Below are positions 24,555 through 36,700 of a stretch of DNA of 51,992 nucleotides, one piece after another. Positions within the stretch are counted from its first letter, which is position 1. Every line of letters begins with the position of its first letter. The stretch spans positions 448,059-500,050 of the forward strand of contig NMRA01000244.1 in assembly GCA_002633005.1 (NCBI GenBank), read 5' to 3'. The notes beneath the pieces were generated by a model that saw only the letters and a program-made list of their open reading frames with translations, was not told the DNA's origin and did no database searches. This stretch comes from Phoronis australis. Taxonomy: Eukaryota > Animalia > Phoronida. The translations under genes and the position numbers were made by a program.

Positions 24555-27500
24555 ATGGACGCATGTCTCTCACTGACTCTCGTCATACTTAGTCTAGCTA
24601 GCTACGTCTCCTGCAATCTGGAATGCGACGCACTCCCCGATGATCCCTGCATTCTGCCTCTACTTCAGGTGGCTGGGATCGAGTGCAACTCTCAAATTGA
24701 CCTGTCCCTTGTGGAACAACCTCCGACAGTGAAATATTCTGACGCAGCACCGGTACGTAGACTTTCTGGGTAGACCTCACTTCCTAAATCATGCTCCAGA
24801 AGGGAAATACGACGAGTACAAACTACAACCTCCCCCCTCCACCACTCCCCCTCGATCACCGGCCCACCGGCAGCTGCGGCCCGATCCGGCGCTCAAAGGT
24901 GATCCGGCACCCGGGGAGGGGGGAGGTATAGGAGTCAGCGCTGTAGTGGTAAATTTTAGCTAGGCCTAAATAGGCGCCCAAAGCCCACCGTATCACCTTG
25001 AGCACTGAACGTAACTTACAGTGCGTAGGCGCTGCGTTCAAATCATGCCAAAACTGAGGTGTGTGGCTGCGCCTACGTGCGCCTAAGCCCCACTACAGCA
25101 CTGATAGGAATGCAGTGGGGTGGCCGGTACGGAAAAAACAAAATGCGCGCCAACCATAATTTTGCACCTGTAGGCCTACCGGGGCGCTACGTAGGCTACA
25201 TCGGCTCTGATCAAGAAAGCTCTAAAACCGCCGTTCATCACCAAAAAAGAAACTTTGTCGACCATTTAACGTTTTAAAACTGGTCTCAAAATGTTCCTAA
25301 AAATCTAAGATAATTTCAGGGCTTCGAAAGAGTTGAACAAACTGAAATGTCGTTACTGTTCGTTATTGTTAGTTATTGCTCGAGAAAAAGCTCTACATGT
25401 TGGTTGGCTACGATCGTGCCATGTCGTCTGATACGCGGAACATTGTCACAGCGTAGTACTGTAACAGCGAGCGTCAGTTCTTTACAAAAGTTTATCACTT
25501 TAATCTGGAACTCTAACTTATAAACAAAACAGAGGGTTACACGCACAACCTGGACCAAAGCAATTGATTTTCAAAGAAGGCGCTGGGCGAGGCTTCGGTA
25601 AAGTTTCATACTGCATGGCAGCATTGCGGAGGAGTCAATTTAAAACTTGCCGCATTTCCAGCTGACGCCAGCATGCGCGCACGCAGGGGGGCTCGGGGCG
25701 AAGTGCGCAAAAAGGTCCGCCTCAGAGCTAAAAAAGTCCGAGAAACCTAGACAAAAGTCCACTCAAATAGCGCACAATTCACAGCCCTGAACGTACCTCG
25801 TCATTTCTTTTTTAGTAAAAGGTCCCTATTCCCAAAAATTCGAGCCCTCCACTTTTTAGGCTGGGTGCGCGCATGGCCAAGGGAGTTCGACGGCTAAAAG
25901 TCACGGCAAGAATGACGTCATGGACTTCTCAAGACTTATACAGTGCACTCAGGACTGCATTCGACAAGACATATGTTCCCAGCGACAAGACATAAATCTA
26001 ATCGACGTAGAGAATATTTACTTCCTTAGAACACGAACCGTGCGTAAGATTTCTTCAACGTTGCGATAATCGTCATGAAAACTTCTCCTGTCAGTCACAT
26101 AACAAAAAATATTTTGTTCAATTGCAGACCAAGAAGTACGTGCTGGTTATGGTAGATCCTGACGCTCCCAATTTGCCAAGCGGACAGTACTTTGTTCATT
26201 TAATTCTCGGCTCTGTGTCGGTGAGTGTTCGTGTTAGTTGGCTAGCTAGCTCCCTCGTCTTAGCAGTTGTTGTTTCAACGATTCTCTTCCTATTTTCAAC
26301 TTTAAAAAACGGGAGAGCAATCGTTTTTCATGATTTACTTAATAAAAAATCATTGGATATGTTGAAAAGATATATTCAGCGTTAATTACTGTTCCCCTTG
26401 CTTTTTAATTTTCAACTACGTATGCACTGCTAGAAATGTGACGTGAATGGGCGGCCCGACAAAGGAGCGCTTCTTAGGGCCAATGCAGACGGAGATCCAC
26501 TATCTCATCTCCTTGTTTCAAGTGAAAGTTAGCTCAGCTCAGAGGGCCCGATATTGGAGACCCTGTATAGGGCAAGATGTTGTGAACGTAAGTCGAGAAA
26601 TGATTTTGTCAGAGAACTGTTTTGATGACGGCAGCTTACCACTGGTTTCTTTTGAGTAGGCCTAGTTACTTGCGCGGTACAGAGGAGCTAAAAACTGCGT
26701 AACGACGATGCTTTGTGCGTTTCAGGGAACGGACCTGGCTGATGGCGTACAGGTTGGAGCGGACGCTTCGCTCGGTAAGTGTACTGTCAACAACTATTGT
26801 TCTAACCCAAGGCAAACCTAGTCAGCGTCTTATCCAATACCGGGTTATCAATTTCTACACGTAAAGGGTCCCTCACTTCGTAGTCACAGGGGTAGCTCGA
26901 AAACTGTGGCGACGACGGAGGGAAGGGTTCGGATATTATGGTGAGACCAATAGGAGCTCAGATCCTGGTGTGAGGAGCTCACAGACTTCTTGAGTTGCGG
27001 GTACCGTCAAAACGACCCGTAACTGGTCTTATCAGTGAATCAATCTCCGCACTGTGGCCACAGCTATATAGTCACAGCTACGGAAAGTGCTCCATATTCG
27101 TCCGAGTTATCTTCAATGGCTTTCTTTTCTCAGACAATTCTGTGTCTTTATGGACAAATTTCTTCATTTTTCCCACTAGAATACAAATGTATCAAGATCG
27201 TGCTTCATGACAATGAATAAACCAATAGTTGCTATTTACTAGTAAAGAAATGTGTTTGTCAGAACAACACTGCAGTCCATGGCAAAAGAAATGCTGGCAG
27301 GCGAAAAATATTGTATGCTAGAATGTCCTTGGGGTAGGCGGATCAAGAGGATCGAAGAATTCCCTCTACCCTGTCACTGCAGTTTCAAATGTCTGATCAA
27401 TTAGCAACGCTGCGGTAAATTATTTTACGAAATAGTTTTTTTAATCGTATCGTCGATAGTTGGAGATCCTGGTTTTTCTGTGTTTATTTGATATAATTTA

Positions 27501-27928
27501 CTACTGACCAACCTCAGCGTCTTTCATTTTATTATTGACGATAGTCATGAGAAAACAACAGGATCACGGTGTTCCTTGGTGAGATAAGGTGTACGTTTGA
27601 TTGATCTACTTCTGGTGTTTTCACGAGACAACTCCTACGCTAACATTTGGGATTTTGATACCATTATACTATTGACTATCAAGTATCAAGATTTGTTGCA
27701 ATTGCAGATTAGCTCAGCAATTTTGTATTTTTTGTTTCAGAGTATTTTGCACCATCGCCCCCTTCCGGTTTCCATCGGTATCAATTTTTCCTGTACGAAC
27801 AGACCAAGGGCAAGCTGAAGTCGGTTCCAGAACCTGGGAACAGATACGGCTTCAAATTGAGTTCATTCATACAAGATAACGACTTATGCAATCCTGTAGC
27901 TGGGTTTCAATACAAGGCCGGAAAATAA
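24555..27928 (+). CDS. Secreted phosphatidylethanolamine-binding protein (PEBP family; PEBP4/OV-16/D2-like), 4 exons, 175 aa
   Basis: Exons 24555-24752, 26128-26220, 26726-26774 and 27741-27928 join in frame (528 nt). The N-terminus MDACLSLTLVILSLASYVSC is signal-peptide-like. PEBP motifs: YVLVMVDPDAP, YFAPSPPSGFHRYQFFLYEQ, F.LSSFIQDNDL..PVAGFQY. Confidence 0.93.
24936..25103. mobile_element. hAT-type MITE in PEBP intron 1
   Basis: TIRs CAGCGCTGTAGTGG / CCACTACAGCACTG, with an 8-bp TSD ATAGGAGT / ATAGGAAT (1 mismatch). Confidence 0.75.
25672..25875. mobile_element. Small MITE in PEBP intron 1
   Basis: Inverted ends CATGCGCGCACGCAG / CTGGGTGCGCGCATG with internal AAAAGGTCC repeats. No clear TSD. 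Confidence 0.55.
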
Positions 27929-28574
27929 TTGATCAACTGGGCACACCATCGACTGAAAGCTAAAAAGAAATCTGATTTTGAATTCAGTGAAGTTTATTTA
28001 TTTATTTGTTTTGTGAAAGTAAGAATCAATAAGATTCTTGATTTGTGTAGAATCTTGTTTTCCTGTCTCAATTTTATAAAATGCGAGTCGTGGTTGCTTG
28101 CGTGATTTGTCAAAAGAAGAGTAGCACTTGCTACGCCTTCCTCTATTTCTTAACAGAGAATGGGAAATCACTGGAAAGAATTTTTTATTTTATGCTTTAG
28201 GAAACACTTAAAAAGTTATACCATACACACGGTCCCTCTGTTTTAGTTATATCCTGTCGATTTGCAAGCGCGTCTGACGCAACGAATCATCTTTTCATAT
28301 ATTTCTGTACTAAACATCCTCGATACCTATAAGCGTTTAGAGAAAAACATAAAAACCTTGCATGACCAGAACTCTATGATAATGGATCAAGGGTAATAGT
28401 CATCCGTTACGAGCGAATTTTTACTAAGAGTGTGTCGCCCAGTTTTGGACAGTAAGTCTACTGCAGTAATACTGTACTATACATCCCATGCCACCATTAA
28501 TACGCTTAAGCTTCTCTGCCGCACGTGCCATTTATCCCACGCGATGTAAGCTGACTCCTAGACTTGACACGTCA

Positions 28575-29750
28575 TCAGAACTCGTAGACCCACCTTTCAA
28601 TCTGTCGTATCATTTCGTTGTTGACCCTGCGAGCGCTATTCCTGACTTTTAACCCGTAACCATGGATACCAACCAACATGAAGTTCCAACCGTGCCAGGT
28701 CCACACGGGGCTGCCACTCTGTCCCCCATATGTATCGTTGGAGTAGTAAATGCGATTTGTCTTGAGACGATTTACCAACCCCCCGGCCATCCATAATGTA
28801 CCGCCAGGTTTGTCCCCTGGATATCCGCAGGTCTGTACAATGCGCCCCTGTAACTCCTCGTCAGTAAGACTGCGAAAACCAAACCCAGCAGACTCGCCAT
28901 TTGGGGGCCGCTTCTCGAAGACGATGAGGCCATAGTCGTTGTCAGCAGTTGGACGTCGTTTGTACTCATCCGGTACACGGAGATTGTACGCTGCAGCCTT
29001 CAGGGAGCCGAATGGTGCTTGAAAGCGGTCCCTACCCTGGATGACTTCCACCTTCTCTGCGTACCCGCCCCGCTTACTGCTGTAGAGGTTATGAGCACAC
29101 GTGACCACCGCCAGCCGATCTGAGCCGGTAACTGTGCAATAGAAGCCGGTGCCGATGTAACGCTTGCCGTTGGAGTACCGCATCCTCAGGGAACATACCC
29201 ACTTGTACGGGGCAGCTGTTGTAGGCGATATGTGCACGCGCTCATCTTCTTCGATTACGCTCTCTTGTACCTCGTCGTCTTCGATATCAGAGTCGACGAA
29301 CGTCTTATCCGGCCTTGACTCGTTCGGTTCCACCAGCTCCACATCGTCTGTGTCACTCGCCTCTTTAAACTCGCGCAGATGTTCTCGCCAATGACTGCAG
29401 CAGTCTCTCGGTGGCGAAAAGTACACAGATTCTGAAAAAATCATATGATTAAGGTAAAAATAACTACAATTTGCGCAATATTTTTTTGTTTTGGATAGTA
29501 AAAATTAAAATGTTTATGCCGTTTCATTGAACAACTGAAAGAGACCGTACGATTCTCGTGAAATGCGTAAATACCCCCATCGTTAACGTAAAATTCATTC
29601 ACGTCAATTTCTCCCTCTGCATAAAGTTCACTGGCTAACTTTCCACACAAACCCTATACACTCATCTGTACATTACTGACCTTGTCCTCTTTTGGAAGAG
29701 GAGACCACTGACTTCATCAGCGACGGTGACGTCACTCGTTCCTGCTCCAT
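28575..29750 (-). CDS. Glutamyl endopeptidase-like serine protease (peptidase S1B, Bacillus/V8 type), at least 308 aa
   Basis: Exon 29681-29750 (open to an acceptor at 29777) and exon 28575-29431 are joined by a phase-1 GT-AG intron. Triad motifs: TCAHNL, DNDYGL, DTYGGQSGSPV. GYPGDK and SVI..DER....TTAAPY match recalled Bacillus glutamyl endopeptidase. The S1 histidine is in VGIHG. Confidence 0.9.
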
Positions 29751-32156
29751 CGAGTTCAGGGCCTTGGGAGGTGAGAACTGAATATAAGAAATCTCAGTTT
29801 GAACGAGCGCGAAACATGTAAGAGCTATATGATGTAGACAATAATTTCCGATCTGAGTCAAGGACTAAGACATTAGCTCGTAATAATTTTTCCCTTAGTG
29901 TGACTATAATAGCGACTTTAGGTCATACATGACACAAGATATATTACATAACATTCTTTCAAGTTCCTTAAATACTGTCTTGATCACTCAAGTTGGCACT
30001 TTACATTTGGGACACTTCGCAAGTTTATCTTATTCTCCAGAAACAAGAGACAAGACTGAATGTTGAGTTTAATTGGTGGCCAAGGAGGAGGCGCGTGTGT
30101 TTCAACCAGAGCTAATTCCTGGTCATGTATAGTGCGCTTGTCAACACAAAGCCCTTTATTTATCTTCTGTAACCTGAACATATGACCATAGTCCAGTGCC
30201 CTGCATTTAGGATTTTCAACAAGTGAAAAAGCATTGGGCCCGTTTCACAACAACGTTTAAGTCAAAACCGTGGTCACTGGGCGTATTTGCACTTCAAAGC
30301 AAGGCCATTGCGTTCTACATATTTTTGTTGCATCGACTTCGGTAACGATGAAACGTCCCCTGATGCCGGGTCATAAATTGTCTTAAAGACTGAACTGAAG
30401 TTACCCGCTATGAAAGCAGCAACTTCACGGTTAGTTATTCTGAAGCTTAAAAGTATTTTAAACTTAAGAAAGGAATAAGGTGAAACTAATTTTGTGTCAG
30501 TCAGTAAGTGACCTTCGTAAATCAACCATTGTTTTTTGAGAGAACGTGCAGTCCGCATCATCAAGACGAAGAACAACATAAATGTTCAAGAACTGACCAC
30601 CAGTGAGAAAGCAAAAGTTCAAATGCTGGCCAGAGGGATGGTCCTCAATCTACAACTGCATGTGGCCGACAAGATCAGCACAATAAACGCTTCTAGTACT
30701 TTCCCTCTGTTCCACACCGTGTGACATGGTGACCATAATCTCATCGACATGATCCAACAGGATACGAGAAGTCACAAAAGCCAAAGACATGATTCTGTGA
30801 TACATCGGTTGATAAAAACTCGACATTTTTCACCTTGAGCCTATCTGGAAGTTATAAGATTATAGGGTTCACAAGCAATGTTTTTTATCTTCGGTCAGGA
30901 ATATTGAAATGTAACCAAGCAACAGTATCACACTAATACAGTAATACCAGAGTATAGGTACGGAATCAGGGTTTTGCAACCCGTTCGTCAGATTAGCTCT
31001 AGAGTGTCGTCAGGATTCCTTACGCCACTCCGCCCGTCACCATCTGATCTCTCTGTCAGTCTGTCATCGTCACTTACGTCATCATTACAACAACAGTCCA
31101 TCATTTTACCTACTGGAGTTCCATATTTCCTCAAATCTTCTGTATATGACTTAGCATAAGAATAAGCCATCGTGCACTACTCAAACGGTTTTGTGGCTGG
31201 AATGAGCAAGGACCAGTCTGGGAACCACGCAGTGTTGGCCTACAACGAACCGGAGCGGAGTAGTCACTCACAAGGTCAGGGCTGGATATGCTTTCAAAAG
31301 AATTAAAGCCAGTAATGTTTTGCCTTGCGCAATATGCCAGTATCAACTGAATACTCTTTGTGTTCGTGCTCAGTGCAACTTCTTTGAATAGCTATTGGCC
31401 CAGAAATAACCTAACGCCTATTATACCGTTTGTCTTCTAAATAAAATGAGTGGAAAAAGGTCTACTGCGAGCAACAAAGAATCATTCAAATTGTTTTGAA
31501 CAGCTGACATAAAAATCCATCAAAAACACTTAATACATATATTTTGTCGAATGAAAGAATAAAAATTAAGTGGAATTAGCCATGATCTTTGTCATAACAA
31601 AGAAAAACTAAATGAACAATGGATACGACAATCTACCGCTCTATATGCGACCATCTTGCAACTTAGTTTCCGTGTGTTGTTTTTGTTGTCGTGTGATCGG
31701 CGAAATTTGTGAGAAATATGAAAGCGACATATAAAACCGTTCTTCCAATCAAATGCAGGTTTTGACTTAAGGCCAATTACTATTACGACACTGATCTCAA
31801 AGTTAATGTTCTTTAGTCAAAATACTTGGGATTTCTGTGATGGAAAGAATTGGCATTTCTGTATTTTTCAGACCAAGCTCATGATATTTCAGGCCACGGC
31901 CTTGATTGGAAATGCAATAGGGTTGGCCTGAAGAGATGTCAGTTCTCACCGAGCACAGTAATCATTCTTAAACTGAACCAGGAACAAATTTTGTAAAGCC
32001 GATTTTGTAACGTTAAGTGGCCTAAATCAAAAACTTATTAATTTTGTGATAGAAAGCCCTTACATGTATAATGCCTATTCAACTCACGACATGGGTTGAA
32101 AGTGATTCCGGTGAACTGAGAAAAAATGATTTTTACAAAATGGGATAGGTTGATCA

Positions 32157-32236
32157 CAGGCGGATCCAGGATTTTGAGTTAGGGGGGCCCAGGGCAGACA
32201 GTCGCACCCCCGAGCTTCCAAATGGAATCCGCCACT
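32157..32236. mobile_element. Short hAT-like MITE; related copies at ~4292-4426 and ~34551-34692
   Basis: Termini CAGGCGGATCCAGGATTTTGAGTT...GGAATCCGCCACTG. All three copies end in TCCGCCACTG. Confidence 0.6.
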
Positions 32237-33389
32237 GCTTACGTAAATTTTATGAGACTGGACCAATTAATGGGCTTTTTTGCACACAAGCCAGAGTCAG
32301 AGAAATGAGTTGTTGTGTCACGTGACCATCACGAGGAGGTGCTTATAAAGTTAGGTAGCCTCGCATAGCAAGGCGTCAGTGAGTGTTTGAAACGTAGAAT
32401 TATCACGAAGGAAAATGCCAGCGCCAAGACAAGACGACATTTAGAACTGGCTCGGAGAGAAGCACGCGATGAAATCTCTGTACCCGGCTAAGATATGTGT
32501 TGAAATTTCAAAGTAGCTCAGTAACTTTTTAAAAGTTTTCTAAGCTGCACTACATCCGGAAACCAGCGGGACGGCTGACAAGCGTTCTCTCAAGCAATGG
32601 CATTTCTAAAAATAACTCACGGTCTTAGTTTAATGTCTGAGTATCACCTACAATCCTTTGTGAATTCTACGGATAACGAAGGGCGATATTTTAACGCCCA
32701 AAATCGTCTCCCGAGTTCAAAATAACGCCACTGTCAGAACTCAGTGAATAAGTGTGTCACTCCAGTAACCTTCAGGGTTTATGCCGGGGTTATTTACTCG
32801 AGTATAATGCCCGTGCTGAAGCTTATTAGGATTATAAACCGGACGATCGCCGCACAAATGAAGAAGTTCATGATAAATCAACGTCTATTCGTTAGACATC
32901 ACAATTAGGATTGTTTCTTGTTTTTCTTCTATTAACTGTACGGTCGAAGCACACATAACTAGTAGAATTAAAAACATACAGTTAGTACTATATACTTGCG
33001 GTTCATGGCAATAGGGCCGTCCCGGATTACACAGCGACACTCAAATCTCGCTGTATTTACCCACAATGCCGTAAACATTTGTCAGGCACATTTGCTGCCT
33101 CATTTTCGAGCCACAGGAATTTCACGTGTTATTTGTTGTTGTGTTATTCTTAACAAGTTTTTCTTGGTTGCAGTTCTCTATTCGTTCTTCCTATGCTAAC
33201 GAAGTATTAAGCGTTGTGTTGTGGGCTGCAACACCCGCGTGAAAAAGTTTTATAAACTGGACAGATACCCGTGGATGCGTGTTATAAAATTTTTTGCCTT
33301 CCCGACATTAATGAAAGGCACGGAAATGTGCCTGATTTCAAAAACTACATCACATACTTTCTTATTTCCATAATAACGGCGAATAAAAG

Positions 33390-33790
33390 TTATGGAATCG
33401 TCATGAAAAAATGCATGGAAAGCTATCCCTCTACATTGTAAAGAATCGTTATCAGAAAAATACATGCAAGGTTGCTTACATTTAATTCAACCGACATCAC
33501 AACAGTCGCGTTTCATATTACACTCTTTCCAAGAATCGTCATGAAAAATGCTTGAAAACTGCCTCGGAGATGTTGTTATCAATGCAGGGTAAAGAATCCA
33601 TATCAGATAAATACATATGTACACAGACGTTCTTTAGTACCACACAAGGTTGACTGCATTCAATTCAACTGACATTACGATAGTCGTGTTTCAGTTTGCG
33701 TTCTTTCCAAGAATCTTCATGAAAAAATGCTTGAAATGCTATTCCCAGAAATTGTTGTTCACAATTCAAGGTAAAGAATTGTTGTCAGTT
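33390..33790. repeat. Degenerate tandem repeat, ~140-180-bp unit x3
   Basis: GAATC(G/T)TCATGAAAAA(A)TGC...GTAAAGAAT recurs at ~33395, ~33533 and ~33711. Confidence 0.7.
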
Positions 33791-36700
33791 CTCTGTGTTT
33801 TTGCTTCATTGACACCGTTATCCTCAGAAATCTCAGGCAATATTTCCAATTTCTATTTATTATTATAACTGAGACCATGGATGAGTTATTCCAAAACACA
33901 AACTATTTCACTGTCCAGCAGCTTCTATAATTTTAAAATACCACAAAAATGAGATTTCATGTTAAAATTTGAAACTAATTTTGAGCGAAAACTGATGTGC
34001 CCGACTTTTAAATTATTTATCAGAGTAGGAATTGTTTAAACTACAACGCAAAGTATGATCCAAATCCGTGACATAGGGTGTATCGCCCATAGCTTTTTGT
34101 CTGGTCTGCAGTGCACTGCACTCTTAAGGTAGGAAACTGGTTGGTTTTCTCATCGGAATGTGAGAATGAATGAGCTGATGAAAAACTTACCTTCATTGCA
34201 CTGTAGTCATGATATTGAAAAAAGAATGAAAAGAAAAACAATGAATTGCAGTTTAATGGGTGTACCGTCTACATTTGTTTTTTTTCATCCGTTTTATTCA
34301 TTAAACGTACTTAGTCGGCATGCATCTATTTTCAAATTTTATAAAGAACATGTCACGGTTTACTCCGTGGATGGGCGGACACAGATTATCGCTGACTGGT
34401 GTTAGCCTAACATTCGGTGCGACGATAGACTGAAGACTGGCTCGAGTTAATCACTTTATTAATTTTGGCAGCACGTACTCAAGTCTACTCAAACAAAACG
34501 TACTACGTAATGTCTGCTCTATGCTCCAGCTAGTGCTGCAAAACCTTGACCAGGGTCGAATCCAGGATTTTGAGTTGGGGGGCGGGGCAGAGTATTCAGC
34601 CCGTCAGACACGTACATCCGGAATTACCAAATTTAATCTGAGAGAATTTTAGGGGGGCATGGCCTCCTTGCCCCCCTCTAAGTCCGCCACTGGATCAGTA
34701 AGTACGTCAGTGGACGTCACGGCTTGTTCCTTCATGCTACCAAACAGATAGGAGAATAAATCAGGTTGATCAACTGACACACGAGGCAGCGTAACCAGTG
34801 ACCTCTAGAGGACGAAGAGGCAATACATTTTTTGTTTAGTAAAACCAGACGCTTTCAGTTGGTAAAACACACCATGTCTAATCACAGAGATGTAGGCAGT
34901 AAAATGGTCTTTTCCCGAAGTCAGTGATCCCCTGTGTCACCCGCTGCGAAGACCGAGTACCTCCTGGTACATCCTGGCGTGGATAAAAGTCGCCCGTCAC
35001 AAGTGAGCAGCCTAGTTCTGAAAGTCTCTCATTAGTCGAAATTGAAGACAGCAATGTACGTATCACCTGCCGTTTCCATTCCAGAGTTTTCAATTTCCAA
35101 GTGATATAATCGCAGACGACGAAGCATGAACAAAATTTCCAAAATTGAAAAGAAATATACAAGCACGAAAGTTCTAAAATAAAAGTGACAATCACTTGTG
35201 CAAGGTCCCTCGTGTCTCAACTTCCCGTGGTCTCCAGAAGGGCGATAACAGTAGTAATAAATCAGGATAGTAACGAAATCAAGACTGTTATTGTACTAAT
35301 TTAAAGACTTGCGTTTTTCTTTGCTAGCTATCAGCATGAGTGCCGACTGAAAGCGAAACAGGAGATAACCTTAATTGTGACCAACCTGCGTTGCAGGGGG
35401 TCGACCGATCAAAATAAGATAATTACTAAATCATTTACAGGTAAGAATTACGAAAATTGCTCAAACAATATCGGGAACTAAAAATTTCCACGAGGTCTTC
35501 AGGCTTTCTCGAAGTCAAAAGGACTCTGGAAAAAAAGATAGTTGCAAGCCGCCATTTTTTCTCCGAAATGCCTCAAAATACGCATAAATAAAAGGTTGAA
35601 TAAACTTGGTAAGATTTCCATGTTTTAGCTGTAATTAATTCTTTCGAAATAGAATCTGACACGTTTCTAAATAAGCTGAGATCGCCGTTTTACGTACTGC
35701 GATCAGTAGTGGACGTTTGTTTTGGGCAGGAAACTTTTGTGAAATATGTTTTTGCGTTGCTTAGTAACCTAGTTCATGATTTTGGAAATTTATCAGTGAA
35801 TCAGAAGGAAATGTCCCTTTATGAAGCCATTCAATCAACTGAATGCGCGTAATTTCAGTTTGGTACGCAAACACAGATGCACGAAGAAAGAGCGAAATGA
35901 ATGAGGCAGGCACTTGCGTTATGAATCATCAATTGCGAGGTTGAATCAAGATCTCACGAATCAATTTTTCTCATGAAACCAGTGGCTAGGTAAGCGTCAT
36001 GCTATTAAACGCGTATTCACAAGAAATGCTTCAACAGCGTAAAGTTTTCCTCATTTCAACGTCAATAAAGTGAACTTCGTTTGTAAACTACACATAAACA
36101 CGAAATATGTTAAACGCAAGCCGCGACAGATTTCAGGTGGGCTACGAGAGTTCTGTATACGTTGTATCGGTTACAAACAGGAGAGTCTCACTCGCACATA
36201 CCGGCCAACAAAATATTAGAGGCAGGCGAGTGAAAAACTCAATATATATCGGACAGAGAAGTTCAATATTCCCCTCCACATATCTGCTTTACTATGATCA
36301 GGTCACGGTGACCTCGGAAGGTACGGTGTTATAACGCTGTGTCATAGACGTTTCGAGGTCCCGATTCGTCAATCTGTGTACAAACCTAAAGATGTACACG
36401 CATCAAATCATTGAAGTAATTCACAACTACTGACCGGGTAACCTGAAATACAATGCGTCTGTCTCCTGTAGCCCCTAATGCCTGGTTATACAATTCTCTT
36501 CAATTCAGACTGAACAATAAGCACTAGTCTGGAGTTTAAGGTCATCGCCGTCATAACATCGTTGATCTTATCAACTCATCTCAGCAGCAGCATGGAGATC
36601 TAACTTTTGAGTTAAAATCACTCAAGAGTCAAAAATGATGATTTTTGAAAGAGAGAGAAACCGGGAGACGTTTACCAACACTTAGTCGACATTAGCCAGC

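Noticed and set aside
28575-29444. Bacterial contamination, or ATG 29444 as the true start
   Set aside because: There is no neighbouring bacterial gene or gap. A polypyrimidine-AG acceptor at 29432 and an in-phase upstream exon place ATG 29444 inside an intron.
30510-30845. Caspase-like fragment (IMVTMSHG...VYCAD) on the minus strand
   Set aside because: In-frame stop, no QACRG motif and a weak donor; the similarity is too short to support.
33190-33260. THAP start (KRCVVGCNT)
   Set aside because: Too short and no downstream THAP motifs were found.
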